Assembly (NCBI GenBank): GCA_902592345.1
Contig: CACJEE010000002.1
Location: 37,749 to 101,748, forward strand
Length of the DNA stretch: 64,000 nucleotides
Direction: 5' to 3'
DNA from: an uncultured Alphaproteobacteria bacterium
Lineage (GTDB): Bacteria > Pseudomonadota > Alphaproteobacteria > HIMB59 > GCA-002718135
Shown here piece after piece: positions 13,119 to 24,074 of the stretch. Position numbers and translations under genes: made by a program. The notes under the pieces are model-generated. The model was given only the letters and a program-made list of their open reading frames with translations. It was not told where the DNA came from and made no database searches. Each line of letters opens with the position of its first letter. Position 1 is the first letter of the stretch.

Positions 13119-15189
13119 CTTCTTTCATTGAAAGCTTAACTTTTCCTCTGCCATCTACGTCAAGAACTTTTACTTTGACAATATCGCCTTCATTTATGAC
13201 ATCACTTACTTTCTCGACTCTTTCATTTTTTAGTTGACTAATATGAACTAAACCATCTTTTGAGCCCATGAAATTTACAAATGCACCAAAATCCATGAGT
13301 TTTACAACCTTACCTTCATAGATCTTTCCAATTTCAGGCTCTTCTACAATGCCTTTGATCCATTCTATAGCATCAGTACCAGATTTTGCATCTACAGCAG
13401 CAACACTTACTAGACCTTCATCATCAATTTCAATTTTAGCACCAGTAGTTTCACTAATTTCTCTTATTACTGCGCCACCTTTACCAATTACTTCTCGTAT
13501 TTTATCTTTGTGTACATGAAACGTAGTAATTGTTGGGGCATATTCAGAAATTTTTTCTTCGGGTTCTTCAATTGCTTTTGCCATTTCACCTAAAATATGA
13601 ATTCTGCCTTCTTTGGCTTGCTCAAGAGCTTCTTTCATAATAGCCGATGTAATGCTGGTAATTTTAATATCCATTTGCAAAGACGTTATCCCGTCTTTTG
13701 TTCCAGCAACTTTGAAATCCATGTCACCTAAATGATCTTCATCACCAAGAATATCTGACAAAACAACGTAATCATCATTTTCTTTGATTAAGCCCATAGC
13801 AATACCAGCAATTGGTTTTTCAATTGGGACACCAGCATCCATTAATGACATAGAAGTTCCACAAACTGTAGCCATAGAACTTGAGCCATTAGATTCTGTT
13901 ATCTCAGATACAACTCTGTAAGTGTATGGAAATTTGTCGTTAGATGGCAACATTGGATGAATTGCTCTCCATGCTAATTTACCATGACCAACCTCTCTTC
14001 TGCTTGTTGAACCAACTCTTCCAACCTCTCCAACTGAATATGGAGGAAAATTATAATGAAGCATAAAATTTTCTTTATATTCACCCTCTATAGCATCAAT
14101 TCTTTGTTCATCCATTCCTGTCCCAAGAGTTGTAACTACCAAGGCTTGTGTTTCTCCTCTAGTAAACAATGCTGATCCATGTGTACGACTCAATACACCA
14201 GTTTCACACACAATAGGTCTTACTGTCTTAGTATCACGTCCATCTATTCGGGTTCCTGTTTTAAGAAGCTCGCCTCTAACAATATCCTTTTCAACTGACT
14301 TAATAGCATCTGACACAATTACAGCCGTAAGTGTTTCACTTACATATTTTTCTTCAATTTCACTCTTAATATCTTTTAATTTTTCTACACGTTTTTGTTT
14401 TTCTGTTACTTGATAAGCTTCACTAAACTTGCTTGCATATTCATCAGAAATTAATTTAGGAAAATTAGCAATATCACTATCTTTTTCTGGAATATCCCAT
14501 GGTTCTTTTGCGGCCTTTTTAGCTAGTGATATTATTGCATCAATAACTGGTAAGTACGACTCCTGACCTAGAACTACAGCTTCTAGCATTTTTTCTTCAC
14601 TTAATTGGTGCGCTTCAGATTCAACCATAAGAACCCCATTTTTAGTCCCAGCAACAACTAAATCTAATTTTGAATTTTTTATTTCTTGAATTGTTGGATT
14701 AACGACAAGTTTATCATCTACTAAACCTATTTTTGTAGCCCCTAATGGGCCCATAAATGGTAGACCAGATAATGTTACCGCTGCACTAGTAGCTATTAAT
14801 GCAACAATATCCGAATCATTTTCTTGATCATGTGATAATACTGTACAGGTAACCTGAGTTTCATTTTTAAAATCTTTGTGAAATAATGGTCTAATTGGTC
14901 TATCAATTAATCTGCAAATCAATGTTTCTTTTTCTGTTGGCCTTGCTTCTCTTTTAAAAAAACCACCTGGAATTTTACCTACTGAATAAAATTTTTCCTG
15001 GTAGTTTACTGTTAATGGAAAAAAATCCATATCAGGTTTTACTTGCTTAGCTGCAACAACATTTGTCATTACAGTTGTTCCACCATAAGTAACAACAACT
15101 GATGCATCAGCTTGTCTTGCGATTTTTCCAGTTTCAATTGTTAGGGTTTTGCCTGCCCATTCTAATTCTACTTTTTTTACTTCAAACAT
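13105..15189 (-). CDS. pnp: Polynucleotide phosphorylase
   Basis: 694 aa with two RNase PH domains plus KH and S1 domains. rpsO lies upstream. Confidence 0.97.
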   Translation of the reverse strand: MFEVKKVELEWAGKTLTIETGKIARQADASVVVTYGGTTVMTNVVAAKQVKPDMDFFPLTVNYQEKFYSVGKIPGGFFKREARPTEKETLICRLIDRPIRPLFHKDFKNETQVTCTVLSHDQENDSDIVALIATSAAVTLSGLPFMGPLGATKIGLVDDKLVVNPTIQEIKNSKLDLVVAGTKNGVLMVESEAHQLSEEKMLEAVVLGQESYLPVIDAIISLAKKAAKEPWDIPEKDSDIANFPKLISDEYASKFSEAYQVTEKQKRVEKLKDIKSEIEEKYVSETLTAVIVSDAIKSVEKDIVRGELLKTGTRIDGRDTKTVRPIVCETGVLSRTHGSALFTRGETQALVVTTLGTGMDEQRIDAIEGEYKENFMLHYNFPPYSVGEVGRVGSTSRREVGHGKLAWRAIHPMLPSNDKFPYTYRVVSEITESNGSSSMATVCGTSMSLMDAGVPIEKPIAGIAMGLIKENDDYVVLSDILGDEDHLGDMDFKVAGTKDGITSLQMDIKITSITSAIMKEALEQAKEGRIHILGEMAKAIEEPEEKISEYAPTITTFHVHKDKIREVIGKGGAVIREISETTGAKIEIDDEGLVSVAAVDAKSGTDAIEWIKGIVEEPEIGKIYEGKVVKLMDFGAFVNFMGSKDGLVHISQLKNERVEKVSDVINEGDIVKVKVLDVDGRGKVKLSMKEVEAE

Positions 15190-15218
15190 CTTTTTTCTCT
15201 TTTCTTTTTCAACTTAAA

Positions 15219-15491
15219 CTAACCTCTAATATTTAGTTCTTTTATTAATTTCATATATTTTTCATTATCTTTTTTAGAAAGATAAAATAATAATTTTTTT
15301 CTGTTATTTACTAAAGCAACAAGTCCTCTTTTCGAATGATTGTCATGTTTATGATTCTTAAAATGCTCTATCAAATTGTTTATTCTTTCAGTTAAAACTG
15401 CAATTTGAACCTCTGTCGAACCTGTATCTTTATCGTTAATGGAAAATTTACTAATTAAATCTTTTTTAACTTCTTTTTTTATCGACATCAT
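15219..15491 (-). CDS. rpsO: 30S ribosomal protein S15
   Basis: 90 aa, [35 protein letters not shown]. Confidence 0.95.
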   Translation of the reverse strand: MMSIKKEVKKDLISKFSINDKDTGSTEVQIAVLTERINNLIEHFKNHKHDNHSKRGLVALVNNRKKLLFYLSKKDNEKYMKLIKELNIRG

Positions 15492-15496
15492 AACTC

Positions 15497-16405
15497 CTAT
15501 GTTAAAACTTTATTTGGTTGAAACAAATCTCCACTTAATTTGCCAAAGGAAATAATATTTCCCTTATTTGATAAAAAAACTAATTCTTTTTTATCTGAAT
15601 TTAATGGTTTTTTTATTAATTTATTCTTATTAATAAAAATTGATTTACCTAAGGAAAGATCATTTAGATCATCCCTTTCTTCAACTTCATAAGCCAAGAT
15701 GTCGTCCAGCATAGATATTGAAGAGTGGATAAAATTAAATTCGAACTCGCTTTGCCCTATTTTTAGAAGATCGTCCAGCAAAATTGTTGAATTTTCTGTA
15801 AAATTACCAACTTTAGTCCTTTTAAGCTCAATTACATGACCATATGTCATTAATTGATGAGCTATATCTCTTGCAAGACTTCTTACATAAAAACCTTTGC
15901 CACACTCAATTGAAAAGTTTGATGTATTATTACTTGAGTTAAGATGAAAGATTGATTTTAAATATACTTTTTTTGAATTTAATGAAAAGTTTTTTTTTGC
16001 ACGTAAAATAGCATAAGCTCTTCTTCCATTTACTTTTGTAGCAGAGGCCTTTGGAGGCACTTGATCTATATAGCCTAAAAATAAATTAATTATTTTATTT
16101 ATTTCATCAACATTTGGAATTTTATTACTAACATTTACTACCTCACCCTCTGAGTCATCAGTTGTTGTCTGCACTCCCCATTTTAATTTAAAATTATATT
16201 TTTTTGAATTAGCGCTAACAAATGGAATTAATTTGGTAGTCTTATTAATAGCAATTGGCAATATACCTTCGGCATTAGGATCCAATGTGCCAGCATGTCC
16301 TATTTTTTTAATATTAAATTTTTTTTTAATTTTATATATTGTTGAAAAAGAACTTATTCCAACTGGTTTATATATATTTAACCAACCTTGTTTTTTTTCA
16401 TCCAT
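15497..16405 (-). CDS. truB: tRNA pseudouridine-55 synthase
   Basis: GHAGTLDP catalytic motif. Conserved rbfA-truB-rpsO-pnp order. Confidence 0.92.
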   Translation of the reverse strand: MDEKKQGWLNIYKPVGISSFSTIYKIKKKFNIKKIGHAGTLDPNAEGILPIAINKTTKLIPFVSANSKKYNFKLKWGVQTTTDDSEGEVVNVSNKIPNVDEINKIINLFLGYIDQVPPKASATKVNGRRAYAILRAKKNFSLNSKKVYLKSIFHLNSSNNTSNFSIECGKGFYVRSLARDIAHQLMTYGHVIELKRTKVGNFTENSTILLDDLLKIGQSEFEFNFIHSSISMLDDILAYEVEERDDLNDLSLGKSIFINKNKLIKKPLNSDKKELVFLSNKGNIISFGKLSGDLFQPNKVLT

Positions 16406-16778
16406 CTAAATCTCTAGAAACATTTTTATTTAAAAGTAATTTTTCAATCTTCTCAGCCTCATCAAAAGAATCATCTAAATAAAAATTTATTTTTGGTGTA
16501 AATTTAGAGTTTAATTTTGCTCTAGATAAGAATTTCTGAAAAATGTACTTCTGCTCATTCAATGCCTTAACTATTTTTATCTTATTTTCTCCACCTAATG
16601 GCATTAAATAAATATTTGCAATTCTAAGATCTTTACTCATTTTTACATATGAAATTGTAATAGAGGTAGTTTCAAAATTAAAATTATAAAAATCTTCAAC
16701 TAATAGGCACTCACTAATTAAAGACCTAATTAATTCACTAAATCTCATTTGCCTTTGTGAAGACATTTGATTACTCAT
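16398..16778 (-). CDS. rbfA: Ribosome-binding factor A
   Basis: 126 aa between infB and truB, with RbfA-like KH fold sequence. Confidence 0.85.
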   Translation of the reverse strand: MSNQMSSQRQMRFSELIRSLISECLLVEDFYNFNFETTSITISYVKMSKDLRIANIYLMPLGGENKIKIVKALNEQKYIFQKFLSRAKLNSKFTPKINFYLDDSFDEAEKIEKLLLNKNVSRDLDG

Positions 16779-16793
16779 ATATAAATTTATACT

Positions 16794-19025
16794 TTACAAT
16801 TTTCTTTCTGTTTTGATTTCTTGATAGGTTTCAATAATATCACCAATTTTAATATCAGAATAATTTTCAATCATAAGCCCGCATTCAAATCCGCTTTTAA
16901 CTTCTTTTACTTCTTCCTTAAATCTTTTCAAACTAGCTAAACCGCCTGTATGAATTACAACATTATCTCTTAATAATCTAATTTGTGAATTTCTTGAAAC
17001 AATTCCATCCTTAACCATACATCCAGCAATGTTTCCAATTTTTGAAATACTAAAGATTTCTCTAATTTCAACATTACCGGTAATTTTTTCTGAAATGTCT
17101 GGCGTAAGAAGCCCTGATAATAAATTTTTAACATCATCTATCAACTCATATATTATTGAATAATATTTCATATCAACACCATCTCGTTTTGCAGCATCTC
17201 TTGCATGAGGTAATGCTCTAACATTAAATCCAATAATGAATCCTTTACTTGAATTAGCGAGAGCTACATCACTCTCAGTAATTGCCCCTACACCTTTATG
17301 AACAACAGTAACTTCAACCTCGCTAGTTGATAATTTTATTACAGAACTCTCAATTGCTTCTGCAGATCCCTGCACATCAGCTTTTATAATAATTGGCAAA
17401 GATGATGCCTTACCTTGGTTAATTTGCTCAAACATTTCTTCTACGTTTGATTTTACTACTTTATTTTTTTTAATTTGTAGTTTTTTAAAACGATATTCAG
17501 CTATTTTTCTAGCTATAGCTTCACTTTCAACAACAATAAAATCATCCCCTGCTAGGGGGTTAGAATCAAATCCTAAAACCTCAACTGGTGTAGAAGGTAG
17601 AGCTTCTTTAATATTTTTTCCATTATCATCTACAAGAGCTTTTACTTTGCCCCATTCAGATCCAGATACAAATATATCACTTACCTTTAAGGTTCCTTTT
17701 TGAACTAGTACAGTAGCTACAGAACCTCGTCCTTTTTCTAATTTAGACTCTATTATTGAGCCTCTAGCTGCTCTGTTAGGGTTGGCTTTTAAATTTAAAA
17801 TATCAGCTTGTAGAAGAATTGCTTCTTTAAGTTTATCTAAATTAGTTTTTTTAATAGCAGAAACCTCAACATCTAAAACATCTCCACTTAGCTTTTCTAC
17901 AACTATTTCTTGAGTTAATAAATCCTGCCTAACTTTTTGAACATCTATATTAGGTAAATCAATTTTATTTATTGCAACAATTATAGGAACATTTGCTGCT
18001 TTAGCATGTGCAATTGACTCAATTGTTTGAGGTTTCAGACTATCATCAGCTGCCACCACTAGAATAACAATATCAGTTGTTTTAGCACCTCTTGCTCTCA
18101 TATTGGAAAATGCTGCATGTCCAGGTGTATCTATAAAAGTAATTTTTTTATCTTTTTCTCCAATTTGATATGCTCCAATATGTTGTGTTATTCCTCCTGA
18201 TTCTCCAGCAACTACATTTGAACTTCTAAAAGCATCTAATATACTTGTTTTTCCATGATCAACATGTCCCATAATAGTAACAACTGGAGCTCTAGAAACT
18301 AAGCTTTCTTCTGGATCCTTAAAATCTTCTATATCTTTTAATAAATCATCATCTTTAACTCTAAATGATTTATGACCTAACTCTGAAACTACCAGTTCTG
18401 CGGTATCAGCATCTAAAGATTGTGCAGCGTTTGCCATTACTCCCATTTTCATTAAAGATTTTACAACATCAGCAGTTTTTTCTGCCATTCTATTGGCTAG
18501 CTCTTGTACTGTGATTATTTCTGGAATAAAAACTTCTCTTGATATTTTATTACTATCATTTTGCTCCTTAGATTGAAGTTTTTCTTTTTCTCTGGCTCTT
18601 TTAATTTTGGCTAAGCTAGGAAATCTATCGTATTCCTGCTCTTCTTGTTCAAGAATTTTTTTTGCATCAATTTTACTAAAATCATTATCATTAGGTTTTA
18701 GGGTTGATTTTTTTGGTTGTTGTTTTTTTTGTTCAGGATTTTTTTTATTTTTATTTTCAAAAGTTTTATTTTTATTTACTGGAGTAAAATTTGTATTTAT
18801 TTGATTTGGAGAAGATCTAAAAGAAGAAGATCCTCTATAATTAGATTGTGATGTTGAAGAACTTTTTTGTTGATTGTTTTTATTTCTAAATACAATTTGA
18901 ATTGTTTTTTTATTTCCTGCAGATTTAGGTTTTTCTCCACTAGGGCCCAAGTTCTTCCTAATTTGCATTCTTCCAGTAGAAGATAATTTTAATGGCTTGT
19001 TTTTGTTGTCTTTACTTTTATCCAA
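16794..19025 (-). CDS. infB: Translation initiation factor IF-2
   Basis: GTPase motifs GHVDHGKTS, DTPGH, NKID. K/N/Q/S-rich low-complexity N-terminus. Confidence 0.97.
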   Translation of the reverse strand: MDKSKDNKNKPLKLSSTGRMQIRKNLGPSGEKPKSAGNKKTIQIVFRNKNNQQKSSSTSQSNYRGSSSFRSSPNQINTNFTPVNKNKTFENKNKKNPEQKKQQPKKSTLKPNDNDFSKIDAKKILEQEEQEYDRFPSLAKIKRAREKEKLQSKEQNDSNKISREVFIPEIITVQELANRMAEKTADVVKSLMKMGVMANAAQSLDADTAELVVSELGHKSFRVKDDDLLKDIEDFKDPEESLVSRAPVVTIMGHVDHGKTSILDAFRSSNVVAGESGGITQHIGAYQIGEKDKKITFIDTPGHAAFSNMRARGAKTTDIVILVVAADDSLKPQTIESIAHAKAANVPIIVAINKIDLPNIDVQKVRQDLLTQEIVVEKLSGDVLDVEVSAIKKTNLDKLKEAILLQADILNLKANPNRAARGSIIESKLEKGRGSVATVLVQKGTLKVSDIFVSGSEWGKVKALVDDNGKNIKEALPSTPVEVLGFDSNPLAGDDFIVVESEAIARKIAEYRFKKLQIKKNKVVKSNVEEMFEQINQGKASSLPIIIKADVQGSAEAIESSVIKLSTSEVEVTVVHKGVGAITESDVALANSSKGFIIGFNVRALPHARDAAKRDGVDMKYYSIIYELIDDVKNLLSGLLTPDISEKITGNVEIREIFSISKIGNIAGCMVKDGIVSRNSQIRLLRDNVVIHTGGLASLKRFKEEVKEVKSGFECGLMIENYSDIKIGDIIETYQEIKTERKL

Positions 19026-19047
19026 TTTAAACTCTTATTTATTTATA

Positions 19048-20568
19048 TTAATCAAACCAGTTCTTACGGGCTTCCATAATCATTTTATTTGCTAACTCCT
19101 CTTCAACATCAAGTGATTTGAATATCCCCTCTTCTTTATCAATAAGTTCAAATGTTGCTAGTTCTGCAAAATCATTTAATGTTAAAATATCTTCCTTAGC
19201 TAATATAGCAAGCATGGGAATAGTCATTCCTTCAATATTTTTTAGCGTTTCATCTTTTATTTTTTCGTTAACCAGCTCTATATTATTTTCCTCTAATTCT
19301 TTAAGATAATTTTTAGATCTTGAAATAATTTCACTTGCTAGGTCAGTATCAAATCCTTCAATTTTTTCAAGATTTTCGAGATTTTCTGTAGCTATTGAGT
19401 TTACTGATACATAGCCTTCTGTCACTAACAGTTGAGCTATTACATCTTCAACATCTAAAACTTCTGACAACATGCTGCTTTTATCTTTGAATTCTTGCTG
19501 TCTTCTCTCGGATTCCTCTTCTTCTGTTAGAATATCAATTTCTAAATTTGTTAAACTAGATGCAAGTTTAACATTTTGTCCTTTTCTTCCAATTGCCAAA
19601 CTTAATTGCTCATCAGGAATAACAACTTCAACTTTGTTTTTTTCTTCATACAGAAAGATTTTGCTAACTTCAGCTGGAGCAAGAGCATTTGCTAAAAATG
19701 TTGCTTGATTTTCTGACCAGGTAACAATGTCAATTTTTTCACCCTGTAACTCATTTACAACAGCCTGAACTCTTGATCCTCTCATTCCCACACAAGCACC
19801 AACTGGATCTATTGTTGAATCTTCTGTGTAGATACTTATTTTTGCTCTAGAGCCAGGATCTCTTGCTACACTCTTTACTTTAATAACTCCCTCATAGATT
19901 TCGGGAACTTCTTGAGTAAATAATTTTGCAACAAACTGCGGATGGGTCCTTGATAGAAAAACTTGGTAACCTTTTAGGTCATTCTTAACTTCATATATAT
20001 AAGCTCTAACCCTATCACCATTTTTAAATGTTTCTCTCGGAATTAGTTCTTCTCTTTTTATTATTGCTTCACTTTTCCCCAAATCAACAATTAAATTTCC
20101 AAATTCTATTCTCTTTACAATTCCAATAGCTACTTCACCAATCTTATCTTTATATTCCTCATATTGTTTTGATTTATCAGCTTCTCTAACTTTTTGAATA
20201 ATTACTCCTTTTGCATTTTGAGCTGCAACACGCCCTAAATCAATAGGTGGGAGATCTTTAGTTATAAACTCACCAATAGAAACATCAGATTTAATCTTTT
20301 GAGCATCGATAAGTAAAATCTCTTTAGCTTGTTCATCTGAATAATTCTCAACTACTGTAAGAAATGATTTTAAATTTATGTCTCCTGTATTACGATCAAT
20401 ATGTACCCTTATGTCTCTTTCATTACCATACTTTACGCGGGCAGATTTTTCTAATGCTTGTTCCATTGCTGAGTAAACTGACTCTTGATCTATATTTTTT
20501 TCTTGAGCAACATTATTTGCTACTTGAAGCATTTCTTCTCTAATTACTTTAATTTTTTGTTTTGCCAT
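19048..20568 (-). CDS. nusA: Transcription termination/antitermination factor NusA
   Basis: S1 and KH domains plus acidic C-terminal repeats. Start moved to MAKQKIKVIREE (ATG at 20568) because the 11-codon extension in the ORF track runs through a terminator hairpin. Confidence 0.93.
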   Translation of the reverse strand: MAKQKIKVIREEMLQVANNVAQEKNIDQESVYSAMEQALEKSARVKYGNERDIRVHIDRNTGDINLKSFLTVVENYSDEQAKEILLIDAQKIKSDVSIGEFITKDLPPIDLGRVAAQNAKGVIIQKVREADKSKQYEEYKDKIGEVAIGIVKRIEFGNLIVDLGKSEAIIKREELIPRETFKNGDRVRAYIYEVKNDLKGYQVFLSRTHPQFVAKLFTQEVPEIYEGVIKVKSVARDPGSRAKISIYTEDSTIDPVGACVGMRGSRVQAVVNELQGEKIDIVTWSENQATFLANALAPAEVSKIFLYEEKNKVEVVIPDEQLSLAIGRKGQNVKLASSLTNLEIDILTEEEESERRQQEFKDKSSMLSEVLDVEDVIAQLLVTEGYVSVNSIATENLENLEKIEGFDTDLASEIISRSKNYLKELEENNIELVNEKIKDETLKNIEGMTIPMLAILAKEDILTLNDFAELATFELIDKEEGIFKSLDVEEELANKMIMEARKNWFD

Positions 20569-20578
20569 AATATTTACC

Positions 20579-20602
20579 AAAAAAAAGGCGGGAAATCCCA
20601 CC
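20579..20602 (-). terminator. Intrinsic terminator/attenuator hairpin immediately upstream of nusA
   Basis: Minus strand reads GGTGGG-ATTT-CCCGCC followed by T8. It is about 10 nt before the nusA ATG and downstream of the trmB stop. Confidence 0.65.
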
Positions 20603-20655
20603 TCTTAAACGTTAACTTTTTTAACCCTATAGTCAAAATTAAGTAAAACTCAAGC

Positions 20656-21297
20656 TTATAATTTCTTTAACTTTACATAAAATGGTTTGAGTCCATTTTC
20701 TAAGGCTTTTTTATAATATTTGGTCTCAGGTAATATTTCTGAATCATATTCCCACTCAGATTTACTTTGATTCACCCATAAAAAATCTGCCTTTACTTCA
20801 TATATTGTTCTGAGAATGTGAGAAATATATGATTTTGAGTCAGAAGCTATATTTATTGTTGCTCCATATTTAAGATATGTTTTTATTTTATCAAAAAAAT
20901 ATTTATCAATTAATCTTCTTTTAAAATGTTTTTTCTTTGGCCATGGATCTGGATACAATATCCAAACCTCAGAAAGTGAATTTTTGCTACAGTACTCATC
21001 AATCATTTGATGAACATTGCCCTGATAAATATATATATTATCTAATTGTTCTCTTTGTGCTTTTTTAAATAGACTATTCAGTCCATCAATATATTTTTCA
21101 CAAGATATAACTATTTTATTTTTATCCTTTTTTGCTATTTTAATTGTACTTTCTCCAAAGCCTGAACCAATATCTAAAATATTGTATTTTGTATGGTCAA
21201 TGTTGATTAATTTTATTTTTAAAAAGGAATAATTATCTTTATTTTTTTTTCTACCTTTTGTTCTTCCGTATAATCTATAAGTTGTATTATTTATCAT
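20656..21297 (-). CDS. trmB: tRNA (guanine-N7)-methyltransferase
   Basis: DIGSGFGES SAM motif, YPDPWPKKKHFKRRL. Confidence 0.9.
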   Translation of the reverse strand: MINNTTYRLYGRTKGRKKNKDNYSFLKIKLINIDHTKYNILDIGSGFGESTIKIAKKDKNKIVISCEKYIDGLNSLFKKAQREQLDNIYIYQGNVHQMIDEYCSKNSLSEVWILYPDPWPKKKHFKRRLIDKYFFDKIKTYLKYGATINIASDSKSYISHILRTIYEVKADFLWVNQSKSEWEYDSEILPETKYYKKALENGLKPFYVKLKKL

Positions 21298-22744
21298 ACC
21301 TATAATTATACTTAAAAAAAATAAAATTAAAAAAAATAATAAATATTAAATAAAATATTAAAATATTATGAATGACACCAAAATATATTGTATCTTTGAT
21401 TTCTATTAAATGTTTAAAGCTATTTTTTGTATTAAGCTTAGTAAAATTTAATAGTGTACCATTATTATCGATAATAGCGGATATACCATTATTTGATACT
21501 CTTAATAAATATTTGTTTGAAATCAACGCACGCATTCTTGCATGATAAAAATGTTGATAGGGACCTAATGTATTCCCAAACCAAGAATCATTTGTAATAT
21601 TTATAAGTATATTAATTTCCTTTTCATTAATTTTTCTTAAAATTTTGTTAAAAATTATCTCATAACAAATAACAGGCAAAATGTTAACTTGATCACTAGA
21701 TTTAATAATTCTTTCCTTAGTTCCTGGTGTGTAATCAACATTTCCAGAAATATTCTCCAGAAATTTTAAATATGCACGAAATGGAAGAAATTCACCAAAT
21801 GGAACGAGTATTTGTTTATCAAAAATTTGTACATTATCTTGTTCTAAAAATAAAAAAGAGTTGTAAAATTTATTTTTATCTATTTTTGTAGCTCCAATTA
21901 TTACTTTTGTATTGTCTTTTATATGTTTCAAAATCTCAATTGAATTGATATCTGATATTAAGTATGGGTAATTATTTTCAGCAAAAATTATATATTCTGC
22001 ATTTGAATTTTTAATTTTATTAATAATATCTGTGTGTATTGAATTCTTATCGAATTTATTAATAGGTGAAAAAATTTGAAATATTTCTAAGCTAATTTCT
22101 TTATTTTGCTTTACGTTATTAAAGTTAAAATTAAAAAATAAAAAAATAAAAACCAACAAAAAAGGTAGATGAATAATAGTTAAATATTTTTTTATATTTT
22201 TACAGTTTTGGGAGTAGATAAGTACAAAAGGTAAAATATATATTAATATAATAAAATAACTTGCAATATATGTTCCAAAATATTTTAAAAAATAAAAACC
22301 TACTAAATTATTGGATAAAATAAGTGAATAAGTTATCCAGGGAAAACCATATAATATATTTGCAATAAAAAACTCTATTAACAAAAATATAAAAGGTGTG
22401 AAAATTATTAATAAATAAATTTTGTTAAAATATTTATAAATGGTAAATCCTAAACCAAAAAATATTGATAAAATAATAGGAAGTATTAAGCCTATCATTG
22501 AGAAATTCTTAGTTTCTTCATTCATTAAAAACGGATTTTGAATCCAGAACAATAAAACTAATAAAAAACCTAAACCATAAAAAAATCCTACAGAAAAATA
22601 ATAAAATAGATTTTGCTTAATAGAAATTTTACTCAATAAATTAATTAAATAAGGAAATATAACAAATCCTAAAGGCATCATAAAAAAAGGAGGGAATAAT
22701 AATGCGGATAAGACTCCTAAGATAAAAAATTTGAATAAAATCAA
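21287..22744 (-). CDS. lnt: Apolipoprotein N-acyltransferase
   Basis: Polytopic N-terminal membrane domain plus C-terminal CN-hydrolase domain (ICYEIIF). Conserved corC-lnt neighbourhood. Confidence 0.88.
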   Translation of the reverse strand: MILFKFFILGVLSALLFPPFFMMPLGFVIFPYLINLLSKISIKQNLFYYFSVGFFYGLGFLLVLLFWIQNPFLMNEETKNFSMIGLILPIILSIFFGLGFTIYKYFNKIYLLIIFTPFIFLLIEFFIANILYGFPWITYSLILSNNLVGFYFLKYFGTYIASYFIILIYILPFVLIYSQNCKNIKKYLTIIHLPFLLVFIFLFFNFNFNNVKQNKEISLEIFQIFSPINKFDKNSIHTDIINKIKNSNAEYIIFAENNYPYLISDINSIEILKHIKDNTKVIIGATKIDKNKFYNSFLFLEQDNVQIFDKQILVPFGEFLPFRAYLKFLENISGNVDYTPGTKERIIKSSDQVNILPVICYEIIFNKILRKINEKEINILINITNDSWFGNTLGPYQHFYHARMRALISNKYLLRVSNNGISAIIDNNGTLLNFTKLNTKNSFKHLIEIKDTIYFGVIHNILIFYLIFIIFFNFIFFKYNYRYDK

Positions 22745-23595
22745 TTAAGTATTTTTCTAATTTGTACAGTTATAATTTTTCTTTCATTTGCTTTTAAAAC
22801 TTTTATGTTAACAATGTTATCAATATTAAACTCTTCATTGGCTTTAGGTATTCTATTAATCTTTGAAAAAACTAAACCTCCAACAGTTTCTACTTCATCT
22901 TCATCAGCAAAATCTAAATTTATTTTAAAATATTTTTCTAAATCTTCAACCCTATACGATGCATGTACTTCAATCCTATGTTTCTCTTTTTTAATAATTT
23001 CTTCATCTATATCTTCTGCATCATGCTCATCTTCAATTTCTCCAACTATTTCTTCAACCAAATCTTCAATTGTAACTAAGCCATCAACTCCACCAATACC
23101 ATCAACTACAAGTGCAATATGAATTCTTGATGTTCTCATTCTTTTTAAAAGTTCTAAAATAGGAGATTTTGGAGCTACATATAAAACCTCACGAAGTATA
23201 GTTTTTAAGCTGAAGTCATTTTTATTTATTTTAATAAAGTCTTTAACATGAAAAAAACCAATAATATTATCAAGATTGTTTTCGTAAACTGGAAGTCTGG
23301 AGTGTGACTCCTCTTTGATAATATCAAAAATTTGATTATAATCTTTTTTATTATCAACTGAAATAATCTCACCTCTTGGAACCATAACATCTTCCACACT
23401 TGTATTTTCAAGTTGTAGAATGTTTTTGATCAAATTTTTTTCATTATTATCATCACTGCTATTTAATTTATCATCATCACTAACTTCATTAGCAATTAAA
23501 TTTAAAATTTCTTCTTTAGAAGAGTCATTATTTAATAATTTTCTTATTAACCAACTTTTCCAAATACTAAGTTTTTCTTTATTATCTTGATTCAT
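22741..23595 (-). CDS. corC: CBS-pair / CorC_HlyC domain protein (CorC/YbeX family)
   Basis: Two CBS repeats plus a C-terminal transporter-associated domain. Conserved phoH-ybeY-corC-lnt cluster. Confidence 0.85.
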   Translation of the reverse strand: MNQDNKEKLSIWKSWLIRKLLNNDSSKEEILNLIANEVSDDDKLNSSDDNNEKNLIKNILQLENTSVEDVMVPRGEIISVDNKKDYNQIFDIIKEESHSRLPVYENNLDNIIGFFHVKDFIKINKNDFSLKTILREVLYVAPKSPILELLKRMRTSRIHIALVVDGIGGVDGLVTIEDLVEEIVGEIEDEHDAEDIDEEIIKKEKHRIEVHASYRVEDLEKYFKINLDFADEDEVETVGGLVFSKINRIPKANEEFNIDNIVNIKVLKANERKIITVQIRKILN

Positions 23596-24074
23596 ATCAA
23601 ATAAGGATTTTCTATATCCAAATACATTAAAATTTTTTCTTCTAGTTTTTTCATCTTTAGAAACTCAGATTTTTTTTTATGATCATATCCATTAACATGC
23701 AAAAAACAATGAATTATTAGATGCGTTATATGATCATAAAAATTTACTAGATTTTTTTTTGCATCTTTTGTTATGGTTTCTGCTGCAAAAAATATATCAC
23801 AATAAGTTTCATTTTCATTTTTATTATTTTTTATACAATTTACAAAAGTTAACACATCTGTAGTTTTATTCTTTTTTCTATATGCTTTATTAATATTTTT
23901 AATTTTTTTATCATCTACAAAAATTAAATTTAAAATATAAGTGTTATTTTTTTTAAAATCTAATTCATTAATTTTAATTATACTTTTAACAATTTCTTTT
24001 ATTTTTAACATTCTTTTTGACCAATGGTTTGATTTACAAAAATAATTAGTTTGAATTTTTATCTTCATATGCAT
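23592..24074 (-). CDS. ybeY: Endoribonuclease YbeY
   Basis: Zinc motif HLIIHCFLHVNGYDH. The start is uncertain because it overlaps the phoH end. Confidence 0.88.
   Translation of the reverse strand: MHMKIKIQTNYFCKSNHWSKRMLKIKEIVKSIIKINELDFKKNNTYILNLIFVDDKKIKNINKAYRKKNKTTDVLTFVNCIKNNKNENETYCDIFFAAETITKDAKKNLVNFYDHITHLIIHCFLHVNGYDHKKKSEFLKMKKLEEKILMYLDIENPYLI

Noticed and set aside
20569-20601. 11-codon N-terminal extension of nusA (MGFPAFFLVNI) in the ORF track
   Set aside because: The extension is encoded by the terminator hairpin and its U-tract. MAKQKIKVIREE is a typical NusA N-terminus.
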